Below are positions 24,448 to 32,000 of a stretch of DNA of 32,000 bases, piece after piece. Made by a program: the position numbers and the translations under genes. The stretch is from Methylorubrum extorquens. Its GTDB lineage: Bacteria > Pseudomonadota > Alphaproteobacteria > Rhizobiales > Beijerinckiaceae. The stretch covers positions 1,500,001 to 1,532,000 of the forward strand of contig LT962688.1 in the NCBI GenBank assembly GCA_900234795.1. Direction: 5' to 3'. The notes beneath the pieces were generated by a model, which saw nothing but the letters and a program-made list of their open reading frames with translations, ran no database searches and was not told the DNA's origin. Each line of letters opens with the position of its first letter. Within the stretch, counting starts at the first letter, position 1.

Positions 24448-26039
24448 TTTTTCTTCGCTGGCTGCAAGGGAGCTGCCACCTGCGGCTGCGGCTCTGCATA
24501 ATCCGACGCAGTAGGGGCGTCCCAGGTGAGGTAGGCGCCCGGATAGAAGCTCGGCGCCGCCTCGGTCCGCCGCAGGCGACTATATTCTGCCGCCCATCGT
24601 GTCCGGACGGCTGCGAGTTCTGACCGCACAATCACCGCCGTCGCATTCATGGGCAGGATCCAGCTGTAAGGACGACCATCTAAGCGCAGGCCGAGGCCGC
24701 AAGCTGCGCCAGCGAGGATCGGCAAACCTTGCGCCATGGCAGCTGAGACGCGGAAATCGAACACTTCCGGCGCCGGGCTCGGGAACCAGACAAGGTGAGG
24801 TCGCAGGACACAGACCAGCTTATTAAGGTCGAGGCAGTTGGCAGGGCCAAGGTTCCGCAGACCGGCAGGCGCGCGGGCCATGGGCGTCCCGCCGAGACTA
24901 TAGAAACGCACCGCGGCCTGGTCGTCGCGGCAGGCGGCGATGGTCTCCGCTACGAGTCGCTTTTCCGGCTCCAAGGCTCCGTTCCAAATCAGAACACGCA
25001 ACTCCTCGTCGGGATCCAGACGAGCCGGATGCACACGGAACAGGTTTGGCTTTCCGGGCTCGGGATCGAGGCCGATCGTGATTGGCCGCCCCGGAAACCA
25101 AGCGCGTAGCGCGGCTAGCATGATATCGCTGCAGGCGATGGTACGGGCGGCCTGTTGCACAAGCGCCCGGAACTCCCCGATTGCAGCCGCGTCCATGGAG
25201 CTTGGCGCTGGAGGAGCTGCGAGAGGCGTGAGATCGAAGGCGCAGCCGAGGGCCGCGATGACCGCTCGCGCGGCAGGTTTGAATTCGGTCGCGAGCAGGT
25301 CGATCCGGTCGATCCGTAGGGGAAGCGCGGCCGATGCCAAATCCTCGACAGGCAACCGCGTTGTCACAGACCCTGCCGTAGCGGGAGCGGCCGAACTGAT
25401 GACGAGTTGTCCATCCTCGAGCCAGCCGAACAGGATGTTCACACGGCGGCGGACAGTCTCCTGCAGATGGGTAGCGAACTGTTCCGCGAAACGGTTCCGC
25501 TCCTCCAGCAGCAGAAGCAGGGTCGGTCGGTCGGGCTGCAAACCCTCCGCCAGACGCTCAAGGCTGTAGCGCTCGGCCATGGCAAGGGCAGTGGCGAGAG
25601 GCCCGAGCGGCAGGCCAACCGGAATATTGCGCAACGTTTCCGGGGAGATCTCGACGATCTTCTCGGCGTCGAAACCGTAATGTTCGAACTGGGCCTCGTC
25701 GATGACGAGATGGCGCGTCTCCTGCCCGGGATGGGAGCAGACTACGAGGTGAACCGATGTGCTTCCCGATCGGCGGACGAGCCGACTGCCGGGTCCGAGC
25801 ACGCTTCCCTCCGGCAGGCGGGCGCAATCGGTTTCAGTCCGGAACGCGTCGTCGCGGAAGATCGACCGCATGACGTCGATATCGGTGATGTAATGGCGCT
25901 GGTCGCCGAAGACGAACCAGATCTGATGCTCGCCAGGAATCTGGACACGCAGGCCATCGAAGTCAGGCGCGTCGCCGGAAAGATCAGTTTGCGGCGACAT
26001 GGAGCCGGCTCGACATACCGAGTGATTGGAGGAAGTCAC
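24429..26039 (-). CDS. hypothetical protein with unknown N-terminal region and a GT-B-like C-terminal half
   Basis: 536-aa ORF (alternative start ATG 26000). The C-terminal part, RVLIWNG...LVWFPSPAPEVFDFRVSAAMAQGLPILAGAACGLG, looks like the nucleotide-sugar-binding half of a GT-B enzyme. The first ~300 aa match no family I recognise. It overlaps both neighbours, consistent with coupling. Confidence 0.65.
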   Translation of the reverse strand: MTSSNHSVCRAGSMSPQTDLSGDAPDFDGLRVQIPGEHQIWFVFGDQRHYITDIDVMRSIFRDDAFRTETDCARLPEGSVLGPGSRLVRRSGSTSVHLVVCSHPGQETRHLVIDEAQFEHYGFDAEKIVEISPETLRNIPVGLPLGPLATALAMAERYSLERLAEGLQPDRPTLLLLLEERNRFAEQFATHLQETVRRRVNILFGWLEDGQLVISSAAPATAGSVTTRLPVEDLASAALPLRIDRIDLLATEFKPAARAVIAALGCAFDLTPLAAPPAPSSMDAAAIGEFRALVQQAARTIACSDIMLAALRAWFPGRPITIGLDPEPGKPNLFRVHPARLDPDEELRVLIWNGALEPEKRLVAETIAACRDDQAAVRFYSLGGTPMARAPAGLRNLGPANCLDLNKLVCVLRPHLVWFPSPAPEVFDFRVSAAMAQGLPILAGAACGLGLRLDGRPYSWILPMNATAVIVRSELAAVRTRWAAEYSRLRRTEAAPSFYPGAYLTWDAPTASDYAEPQPQVAAPLQPAKKKWRLFR

Positions 26040-27306
26040 CGCGCGTCTCGATGGCGCGGGTCAAGGCAGCGGTGAGGGCGTCGCGGCGTACGATCAAGCC
26101 GGATAAGGCGCCGAGCGGATCCGCATCCGGCCAAGCCTCCTGTGGAATGGCGATGCCGTCGAGAGCCGGATCGCGCAAGAGGCGACTGAACGCTGGCCAG
26201 AAGGCGGAGACGGGGACGTCCTGCCGGAGGAAGGCGAGGATCGGGGCATCGAACTCAGCAAGAGCACGGGTGACCAGATCCTGCGGATCGATCGGTGCGC
26301 CGAGGATGGTGCTGCCCGATAAAGTTTCCGGCAGCGGATCGGCGACGAGCAGGGATTGCTGATCGAGCGAGGCGTCCACTAAGAGGAAGGCGAGGTCCAG
26401 ACCGCTGCTGGCGAGTTCGGCCTTCGCGACCGATGCCGCACGCGGACTGCGGCTGCTCAGGACGATGCCAGCCCGAAGCGTTCGTGCCCGGCGGCGCACC
26501 AGTGCGTCGGCACCCTGTTTGGCGCTGTCATACCCTGTGACCTTAAGGAAGTCGCAGGCGCGAAGGAGGAAGGCCAACTCCGAGCCCGCATGCTCGCGCG
26601 CCTTTTCCTCCGGCACTCGCTCGAGCATCTCCATCCACAGCAGGCTCGCCTCCTCGATATGCCGACGTCCGCGCGACCCCTGTCCCTCATGCACGCGGTG
26701 CCGGACCAGAGCGCCGGGCACGTGGACGAAGGGGTAATGCAGCGCAAGCCGCCACCACAGCTCGTAGTCCTGGGTTGTCGGCAAACCGATATCGAAGCCG
26801 CCATGGCGCTCCAGTAGGGCACGGTCCAGCAGGACGGTGCAGCCGTTGATACGACCTTCGAGGATGGCCCATAGCGGTTGATCGCTGCGATAGCCCGATC
26901 CGGTCTCGATCTCGGCCAGAACAGTGCCATCCTCGCCCATAGTGGCATAGTCGCCAAAGGCGACACACGGCCCTGGCTGGGCGTTGAGAACCTTCATCTG
27001 CACCTCGACCTTGCGCGGATCGTACAGGTCGTCGTGGCTGAGCCAAGTCAGATATCGGCCGCTCATCGCGGCAATGCCGGTATTGAGAGCTGCGCCGACG
27101 CCGCCGTTCTCCCTATGCAGATAGCGGACACGGGTGCCGAAGGAGCGGCAGACCCGTTCGGTATGTCCATTGTCCTCCGAGCCGTCGTCGATGACGAGCA
27201 CCTCGATTGCCGACCACGTTTGCGCCAGCGCGCTCTCGATGGCCTGGGTCAGAAAGGGCCCGCCATTGTAGACGGGGATGATGATCGTGACGGTTTCAGG
27301 GCACAT
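25984..27306 (-). CDS. GT2 family glycosyltransferase with a C-terminal extension
   Basis: 440-aa ORF. Motifs: VTIIIPVYNGGPFLTQAIESALAQTW, IEVLVIDDGSEDNGHTE, ENGGVGAALNTGI, TWLSHDDLY, QDYELWWRL. It is clearly paralogous to GT2-1 of the 1259-aa protein. Confidence 0.9.
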   Translation of the reverse strand: MCPETVTIIIPVYNGGPFLTQAIESALAQTWSAIEVLVIDDGSEDNGHTERVCRSFGTRVRYLHRENGGVGAALNTGIAAMSGRYLTWLSHDDLYDPRKVEVQMKVLNAQPGPCVAFGDYATMGEDGTVLAEIETGSGYRSDQPLWAILEGRINGCTVLLDRALLERHGGFDIGLPTTQDYELWWRLALHYPFVHVPGALVRHRVHEGQGSRGRRHIEEASLLWMEMLERVPEEKAREHAGSELAFLLRACDFLKVTGYDSAKQGADALVRRRARTLRAGIVLSSRSPRAASVAKAELASSGLDLAFLLVDASLDQQSLLVADPLPETLSGSTILGAPIDPQDLVTRALAEFDAPILAFLRQDVPVSAFWPAFSRLLRDPALDGIAIPQEAWPDADPLGALSGLIVRRDALTAALTRAIETRGDFLQSLGMSSRLHVAAN

Positions 27307-27309
27307 GGC

Positions 27310-28354
27310 TCAGACGGTCGGCACGGCGTTGCGGGAGACATGGCCGAGCATGTGGCGATAGATCGATCGCGCTGCCGCACCGTTACGGCCTGCATCCCAC
27401 CGCTCCTCCACACGTGTCCGATTGCGCGTGGCAGCCGCATCGACCAGCCTGTCGTCGGTCGCGGCCTGCACAAGGGCTTCGGCAAGGCCATTGACGTCAT
27501 GCGGATCGACGATGATGCCGTCGCGGCCGCTCTGCACCCATTCGCAGGCACAGGAGGTCATGGCCTTGATCGGGAAGGCACCGTAGCACATTGCTTCGAG
27601 AAGGGTTGTCCCGATCCCGTCCGAAATCCCGATGCCGATGACGATGCGAGCTTCCGCAATCCGGGCGAGCGCTTCCTCGTGGCTCGGGTCATAGAGGACA
27701 GGCGCGATGTCGAGTCTGTCCGCTTCCGCCATCGCTTGCATCATCTCCAGCATCGCTGCGGAGCAGAACTGCACGCGGACGCGATAACCGCGCAGGGCGG
27801 GCGCGGCGAGGTGTAGGGCGGATAGAATATGCATCCCACGACCTGACCAGCCATGATAGCCCTTCACCAGGATCGTATTGCGCCGTGATGGGGGTGTGAG
27901 CTGGTCGAGCGGCGGAACGGTGCTGAAATCGATCCCGCCGGAGGCCGGCAACGGGTCGAAGGCTTGCCCCTTCAGGCCGAGCCGGCGCGCCAGCGGCACG
28001 TCGCGCCGGCACTCTGCCAGATAGCCGTCGATGCTGCGCATCAGTTCGAGCAAGATTGGACGGTGCGCGGGCAAGCGGTGATAGAGATAGATGTCGCTTC
28101 CCCAGTTCGAGAGGAGCCACGTGAGTGATTTGGAAGACACCTACCTCACCGGGACCGAGAGCCTCGACGTCGCTGCGGCTAGTGACGGGCGACCAAGGTT
28201 GCAGTTCGGATGCTGGTTTTCCATCGTGGACAGGGAAGACGACGAAGCGCGCAAGGTCGCCGCGCAGCATGTTAAGCCAGCGTGCCAAGTGCACGCTGTT
28301 CTGCATCCCGACGATCAAGACAGTCGGGCGGGTTCCTGCCGCGCGCTCGGTCAT
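27310..28354 (-). pseudogene. disrupted paralogue of the 15988..17214 GT4-like glycosyltransferase (internal deletion plus frameshift)
   Basis: The N-terminal piece runs from ATG 28354 (MTERAAGTRPTVLIVGMQNSVHLARWLNML...GVFQITHV). The C-terminal piece is in another frame, from GTG 28140, with a TAG immediately upstream (SSKSLTWLLSNWGSDIYLY...ILVKGYHGWSGR...ARIVIGIGISDGIGTTLLEAMCYGAFPIKAMTSCACEWVQSGRDGIIVDPHD). About 70 residues present in the intact paralogue are missing between the two pieces. Confidence 0.7.
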
Positions 28355-28785
28355 CGCATGCGCTCGATAAGATGCTGGGCGAACAGAGCCGGATCGTGTG
28401 CGGCACGCAGGAGTGCTAACTGCTCGCTCGTTGCCGACCTGGGCAGAAATTGAAGTGCGAGAAGGAGCGGAATCCCGAACTGTTTCGCTTCCGCCACATG
28501 CAGACCGTCCGGACTGTCCAAGCGAACGGCAGCGTACAGCTTGGCGCCCTCGAAGACCGAGGCGTCGCCAGGTTCGTCGGCGCAGGACGAAATGCCGACA
28601 TCAAGACCTGTTTCCCAGCGCAGGAGATCGATTGCCCCATGCACAGCCAAGCTGTTCGCGTCTACGAAGTGAATTTCGGTATCGAGCAGTTCGGAACGGC
28701 AATGATAAAGGGCGGATATGACAAGTAGGGAGCGTCCTTGTTTATCTTCCGCCCCATCAATAATGACCCGACTTTTTCTTTTCAT
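28351..28785 (-). CDS. hypothetical protein, first gene of the long minus-strand glycosyltransferase operon
   Basis: 144-aa ORF. It has an ATGA stop/start overlap with the next gene at 28351-28354. It shows weak collinear similarity to the 153-aa product of 15527..15988. Confidence 0.55.
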   Translation of the reverse strand: MKRKSRVIIDGAEDKQGRSLLVISALYHCRSELLDTEIHFVDANSLAVHGAIDLLRWETGLDVGISSCADEPGDASVFEGAKLYAAVRLDSPDGLHVAEAKQFGIPLLLALQFLPRSATSEQLALLRAAHDPALFAQHLIERMR

Positions 28786-29306
28786 GCGCTGAAACTATTT
28801 TTCGTCGGGCGGAAGGACAATTGTTTATGTTTGCATCTAACAGGAAGGTTTAGGCTTGGCAAGTCAACTAGCCCCTGTGGCTTCCGTGAGCCGCAGTTCT
28901 GCCGATTGGTTGCAGCATCGGCGCAAGCATGGGGCGTTGAAACAATGGGCGGACCCATCTTCGGTGAGGTGCCGCAGAGCCGATTTCCTGATCAATGCCA
29001 GGCCTTAGGAGGTGGCCTCGCTGTTGCCCAAGCTCTCGCTGAAAATTCTAGTGCAAGAGCTAGCTGGATCTTCTGCGCATGACAGTTGAAATCCAAGAGC
29101 CTCAGCACTACAGATGGAGATATGCCTAACAAGCCATACGTGTCAGAACGATTGTGCTCATAATAAGCATATCTCGCTAAGCTGATCAAGTATAGACTAT
29201 GTCTATAATTTTACTCGCTCGTCCAGAACTGTGTACTGTTTAAGCCACGGCCTGATGCGAAAAGTTTGACTTAAATTTCAACCACGTATTGACAACAACA
29301 TATGAA
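28786..29306. promoter_or_regulatory. AT-rich non-coding spacer upstream of the glycosyltransferase operon
   Basis: There is no convincing ORF. Hand count gives 20/60 G+C in 29161-29220, against about 41/60 in housekeeping DNA. It contains the palindrome TATAGAC-tat-GTCTATA (29191-29207) and a 9-bp inverted repeat, GAGATATGC (29117-29125) / GCATATCTC (29167-29175). Confidence 0.4.
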
Positions 29307-29383
29307 TGGCGCGCCCGAAAGGATTCGAACCTCTGACCCCCAGATTCGTAGTCTGGTGCTCTATCCAGCTGAGCTACGGGCGC
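29307..29383 (-). tRNA. tRNA-Arg (anticodon ACG)
   Basis: The reverse complement folds as GCGCCCG-TA-GCTC-AGCTGGATA-GAGC-A-CCAGA-CTACGAA-TCTGG-GGGTC-AGAGG-TTCGAAT-CCTTT-CGGGCGC-G-CCA. It is 77 nt with an encoded CCA. Confidence 0.9.
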
Positions 29384-29429
29384 CTTTTTTAACGTCTCAA
29401 TGCCCGTGTAGGGCGTTCCTCTTCTTGTT

Positions 29430-29476
29430 TGGTCGGGGTAGCAGGATTTGAACCTGCGGCCCCCACGCCCCGAACG
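29430..29476 (-). repeat. orphan 3' half of a tRNA-Pro gene (anticodon loop to CCA), att-like direct repeat of 31764..31810
   Basis: 43 of 47 positions are identical to the 3' part of the intact tRNA-Pro, in the same orientation. No matching 5' acceptor strand (CGGGGTA) or D-arm follows it. Confidence 0.75.
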
Positions 29477-29804
29477 GGGGACGTGCGCCGACGCCGCTTC
29501 TACTAGGCGGGTTTTCCCTTGGGAGCAACCCCCTTCGTCGTCTTTCTCCGTGGTTCGTCATCGTCCGCGATCCGTGGCCCGCGAGCCCCAACCTGTGGCC
29601 GGGAATGTGCCGTGAACGCCGTATCCCGTTCCAGATCACGCCCCCGTTGCCGGGCCGGCTTGCCCCCAGGCTGGGCCGGCGCGAGAATCCCTGCATGCCC
29701 GGCGACAGCTACCCGCCCGAGACCGCCTGCGTCCTCGAAGGGATGACCCCACCCCGGCTACCGCCCGGTGCTGCGCTCTCAGGCGGGGCTCGACGACAGT
29801 ATTG

Positions 29805-30401
29805 TTATGTCGCACTCAGGCCGAGTAGCGCATCAATCAATGGGGAAGCCGTTTCGGCAACTGACGCCCCCATCGTTCGGAGCGTCAGGTCGGGCGTCTC
29901 TGGCGCTTCGTACGGAGCAGAGACACCGGTGAAATTAGGAATTTTGCCGGCACGCGCCCGGTCATAGAGGCCTTTGGGGTCACGCGCTTCGCAGATCGAG
30001 AGCGGCGTGTCGACGAAGACTTCGAGGAAGGGAATGTCTCCCGCTATCGTCCGCGCCGCCGCGCGTTCAGCGCGGAAGGGCGATATCAGTGAGACGATCA
30101 CCACAAGCCCCGTCTCCGCCATCAGCCGCGCGGCTTCGGCGGCGCGGCGGATGTTCTCCACCCGGTCGGCTGCCGTGAAGCCGAGGTCGCGGCTTAGGCC
30201 CTGACGCAGGTTGTCGCCATCAAGCACCATGGTGCAGCGGCTGATTTCGGTCAGCGCACGATCGGTTGCGTCGGCGATGGTCGATTTGCCGGCTCCGGAC
30301 AGTCCGGTTAGCCAAGCGATGGCTGGCCGCTGCCCCATCCGGGTCCAGCGTCGCTCCCGTGGCTGAAAAGGCTGCCGAAATACGTCAGTGCCGCTGTTCA
30401 T
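29805..30401 (-). CDS. cysC: adenylyl-sulfate (APS) kinase
   Basis: From ATG 30401 the product reads MNSGTDVFRQPFQPRERRWTRMGQRPAIAWLTGLSGAGKSTIA (P-loop). Further motifs: LDGDNLRQGLSRDLGFT, DRVENIRR, VSLISPFR, FVDTPLSICEARDPKGLY, AGKIPNFTGVSAPYEAP. Length 198 aa. It is monofunctional, with no CysN fusion. Confidence 0.9.
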   Translation of the reverse strand: MNSGTDVFRQPFQPRERRWTRMGQRPAIAWLTGLSGAGKSTIADATDRALTEISRCTMVLDGDNLRQGLSRDLGFTAADRVENIRRAAEAARLMAETGLVVIVSLISPFRAERAAARTIAGDIPFLEVFVDTPLSICEARDPKGLYDRARAGKIPNFTGVSAPYEAPETPDLTLRTMGASVAETASPLIDALLGLSAT

Positions 30402-30562
30402 AGCCGCTCGTAGTCCTCCTAAGCTACCATCGCAACTAGCGCGGATATTTCGCAACCCTCGTGACATCAGCGCCCGCATATTGGCGCAACAGCTTCACTC
30501 CAACGCCCAGGCAGCCCGCAGAGCGTCGATCGCCTCCTGCTTCATGTCTGCGTACCCGCTGT

Positions 30563-30977
30563 TGACCTGACCGGTATTTTGGACCGGGCCAGATGGGAGG
30601 CGACTGCATGGTAGTGGCCATGGGTAGCCGGAAGGTCAGGTCCGGGAAGCTGACAGGCGCGGGCGGCCGGTAGCCCAACGACGAATGCAGCCGGACACGG
30701 TTGTAGGTGTTCTGCCATAGGCCAATCACGACCTGTGCTTCTCTCAGCGAGTAGTAGATTTCCTGGAGTAGGCACTCGTCACGTAGCTTTGCTCGGAGAC
30801 ATCCGCCTCCTTGCACGCGACAGCGACGCTCTTGCCTTGCGCCGTCTGTACCTCGATCTGGCGCAGCATCAGCACGACCTTCTCCGCGCTCGGCCTCTGT
30901 CCTCGCTTCATTCCCAACTCCTCTGATCCAGGCTGATCCTCTCAATCGGTCCGGCCCAAAGCCAGCCGGTCAGGTCA
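30563..30977 (-). mobile_element. 415-bp internally deleted IS3-family element (both ends kept; orfA N-terminus joined to orfB C-terminus)
   Basis: Terminal inverted repeats share 12 perfect terminal bases: TGACCTGACCGGTATTTTGGACCGG (30563, plus) versus TGACCTGACCGGCTGGCTTTGGGCCGG (from 30977, minus). On the minus strand, ATG 30911 gives MKRGQRPSAEKVVLMLRQIEVQTAQGKSVAVACKEADVSEQSY. After a junction near 30782-30790, a different frame gives KLRDECLLQEIYYSLREAQVVIGLWQNTYNRVRLHSSLGYRPPAP. Confidence 0.75.
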
Positions 30978-31023
30978 AGGGCGGACCGCACTAGTCTCAG
31001 GCTCACCTCGCTCGGAAACTGAT

Positions 31024-31644
31024 GTGGCGACGAATGATTGGGCCGTCGCTTGTGTTCAATTGCACGAGGTGACGTGGACTCTTGGGGTTTACGCTTTGGT
31101 GCGGACCGGCACGCGCTCGGGCTTGATCTGCAACGCCTCCTTCGCGCGGGAGGTCGGCAAGGCCTGGAAGGAGCTCAAGACCGAGACCACGGTGGAGGAG
31201 CGCATCGAGACCTGGACGATCGACGGCGAGGTGTTCGAGCGCCGGGTGCAGGTCCCCGTGATCAAGCGGGTGGCGATCTTCCACCGGAAGGCGATCGCGA
31301 AGGAGGCCAAGAAAAACAAGCAGGCCCGGATGCCCGATTGCCTCGTCAACCAACTCTGGCGCTGGCACCACAAGCTCGGTCAGCGCTACGTCGTCGAGTG
31401 GCAGGACAAGCCGGTGGGATCGAAGAAGCGATCCGTCGCAAACCTCTGCTACGACCTCGGCTTCGGCGACGACGTCGTCCGGCACACGGCGGTGACGTGG
31501 GGCATGCAGGCCGGAACCGACATCCGGGAACTGGCTGGCTTTATCGGCATGACGGTCGAGAAGCGGTACGGGCACCACTCGGACGCATACATGAAAGGCG
31601 CGCGGAAGGCTCTCGGCGGACGGCGACTTAAGCAAGCCGCCTGA
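31024..31644 (+). pseudogene. tyrosine recombinase (phage-type integrase), catalytic domain only, 5'-truncated
   Basis: Visible elements: LVRTGTRSG (Arg I region), VVRHTAVTWGMQAG (HxxR) and EKRYGHH (catalytic Tyr region). Only about 206 aa remain, and the N-terminal core-binding domain is missing. The frame stays open upstream into the IS remnant that ends at 30977. The gene sits next to the 3' end of tRNA-Pro. Confidence 0.75.
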
Positions 31645-31763
31645 CGGCCTCGAAATCCCTGGCCGCAACGTGTGGCCGGAAGGTCAGACTGGCGAATCCT
31701 TGCACCAGCCTGTGACCGAACCTGCGGCCGGATTCTCGGGAAGACGCATTCCCTAGGGAGGAA

Positions 31764-31840
31764 TGGTCGGAGTGGCAGGATTTGAACCTGCGACCCCCAC
31801 GTCCCGAACGTGGTGCGCTACCAGACTGCGCTACACTCCG
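31764..31840 (-). tRNA. tRNA-Pro (anticodon CGG)
   Basis: The reverse complement folds as CGGAGTG-TA-GCGC-AGTCTGGTA-GCGC-A-CCACG-TTCGGGA-CGTGG-GGGTC-GCAGG-TTCAAAT-CCTGC-CACTCCG-A-CCA. It is 77 nt. Confidence 0.9.
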
Positions 31841-32000
31841 ATGCCGGCCCCCGAGGGCCGACGAGCGGGCTTATAGCCGGCACTTTTCGTGGTCGCAAGC
31901 GAGTCGGGGCGCTTCATGGCCGTTATTGCGCAGATAGGACGGCTTTTCGCGCTCAAGATTCGGCGCATTTCAGATTAAGCTGCTGACAAAAATAGATATT

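Noticed and set aside
28738-29189. Small ORFs (114 aa plus strand, 65 aa minus strand) in the AT-rich spacer
   Set aside because: They have no motifs or RBS-like context and overlap each other. AT-rich spacers generate such ORFs by chance less often than GC-rich DNA does, so this is a weak rejection.
29397-29696. 99-aa minus-strand ORF covering the orphan tRNA-Pro half
   Set aside because: It runs through a tRNA-derived sequence and GC-rich non-coding DNA, with Arg/Gly/Pro-rich composition.
30436-30945. 169-aa ORF that looks like a small transposase
   Set aside because: Only its C-terminal third matches IS3 orfB. The rest is an out-of-frame reading across the deletion junction and orfA. It is treated as part of the mini-IS remnant, not as a functional gene.
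1-32000. Search for CRISPR arrays, rRNA genes, toxin-antitoxin pairs or known defence-system signatures
   Set aside because: I saw no regularly spaced direct repeats, rRNA-like sequence or recognisable nuclease/helicase/ATPase defence genes. The only repeats found are the tRNA-Pro half, the IS ends and the gene-level paralogues reported above.

Overview
High-GC chromosome segment: hand counts give 41/60 G+C in 4561-4620, 30/60 in 14821-14880 and 20/60 in 29161-29220. It looks alphaproteobacterial (Rhizobiales/Methylobacterium-like), which is inference only. Bases 1-5750 are ordinary: an ECF sigma/anti-sigma pair, a DegP-like protease whose frame is broken twice, an RTX calcium-binding exoprotein and trmFO. 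From about 5.75 kb to 28.8 kb lies a mosaic glycan-biosynthesis island with four parts. (i) A minus-strand operon headed by a GST gene, followed by RmlD/WbvR-like, FnlA/WbvB-like and FnlC/WbvD-like genes for a UDP-2-acetamido-2,6-dideoxy-L-hexose. (ii) A 4,6-dehydratase-like SDR plus a sugar-1-phosphate nucleotidyltransferase, separated by a decayed IS3 remnant from a convergent Rmd-like reductase. (iii) A lower-GC block with a sulfotransferase-like gene and two small unknown proteins. (iv) A tightly coupled minus-strand operon of large multi-domain glycosyltransferases, including a 1259-aa GT2-GT2-TPR-GT4 fusion; by eye these look soluble. The core is flanked by an inverted, duplicated two-gene module, one copy decayed. 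I see no initiating phosphoglycosyltransferase, flippase, polymerase, ABC exporter or chain-length/outer-membrane export gene anywhere in the window. The right end carries an AT-rich spacer, tRNA-Arg(ACG), an orphan tRNA-Pro 3' half, a stand-alone cysC, a 415-bp internally deleted IS3 derivative, a 5'-truncated tyrosine integrase and an intact tRNA-Pro(CGG). Together these look like a decayed tRNA-Pro integrative element. No CRISPR array or rRNA gene was seen. The best candidate for something new is a sulfated deoxy-amino-sugar glycan, possibly a protein-glycosylation system, built by soluble GT fusions. All functional calls rest on motif recognition by eye; no database search was run.
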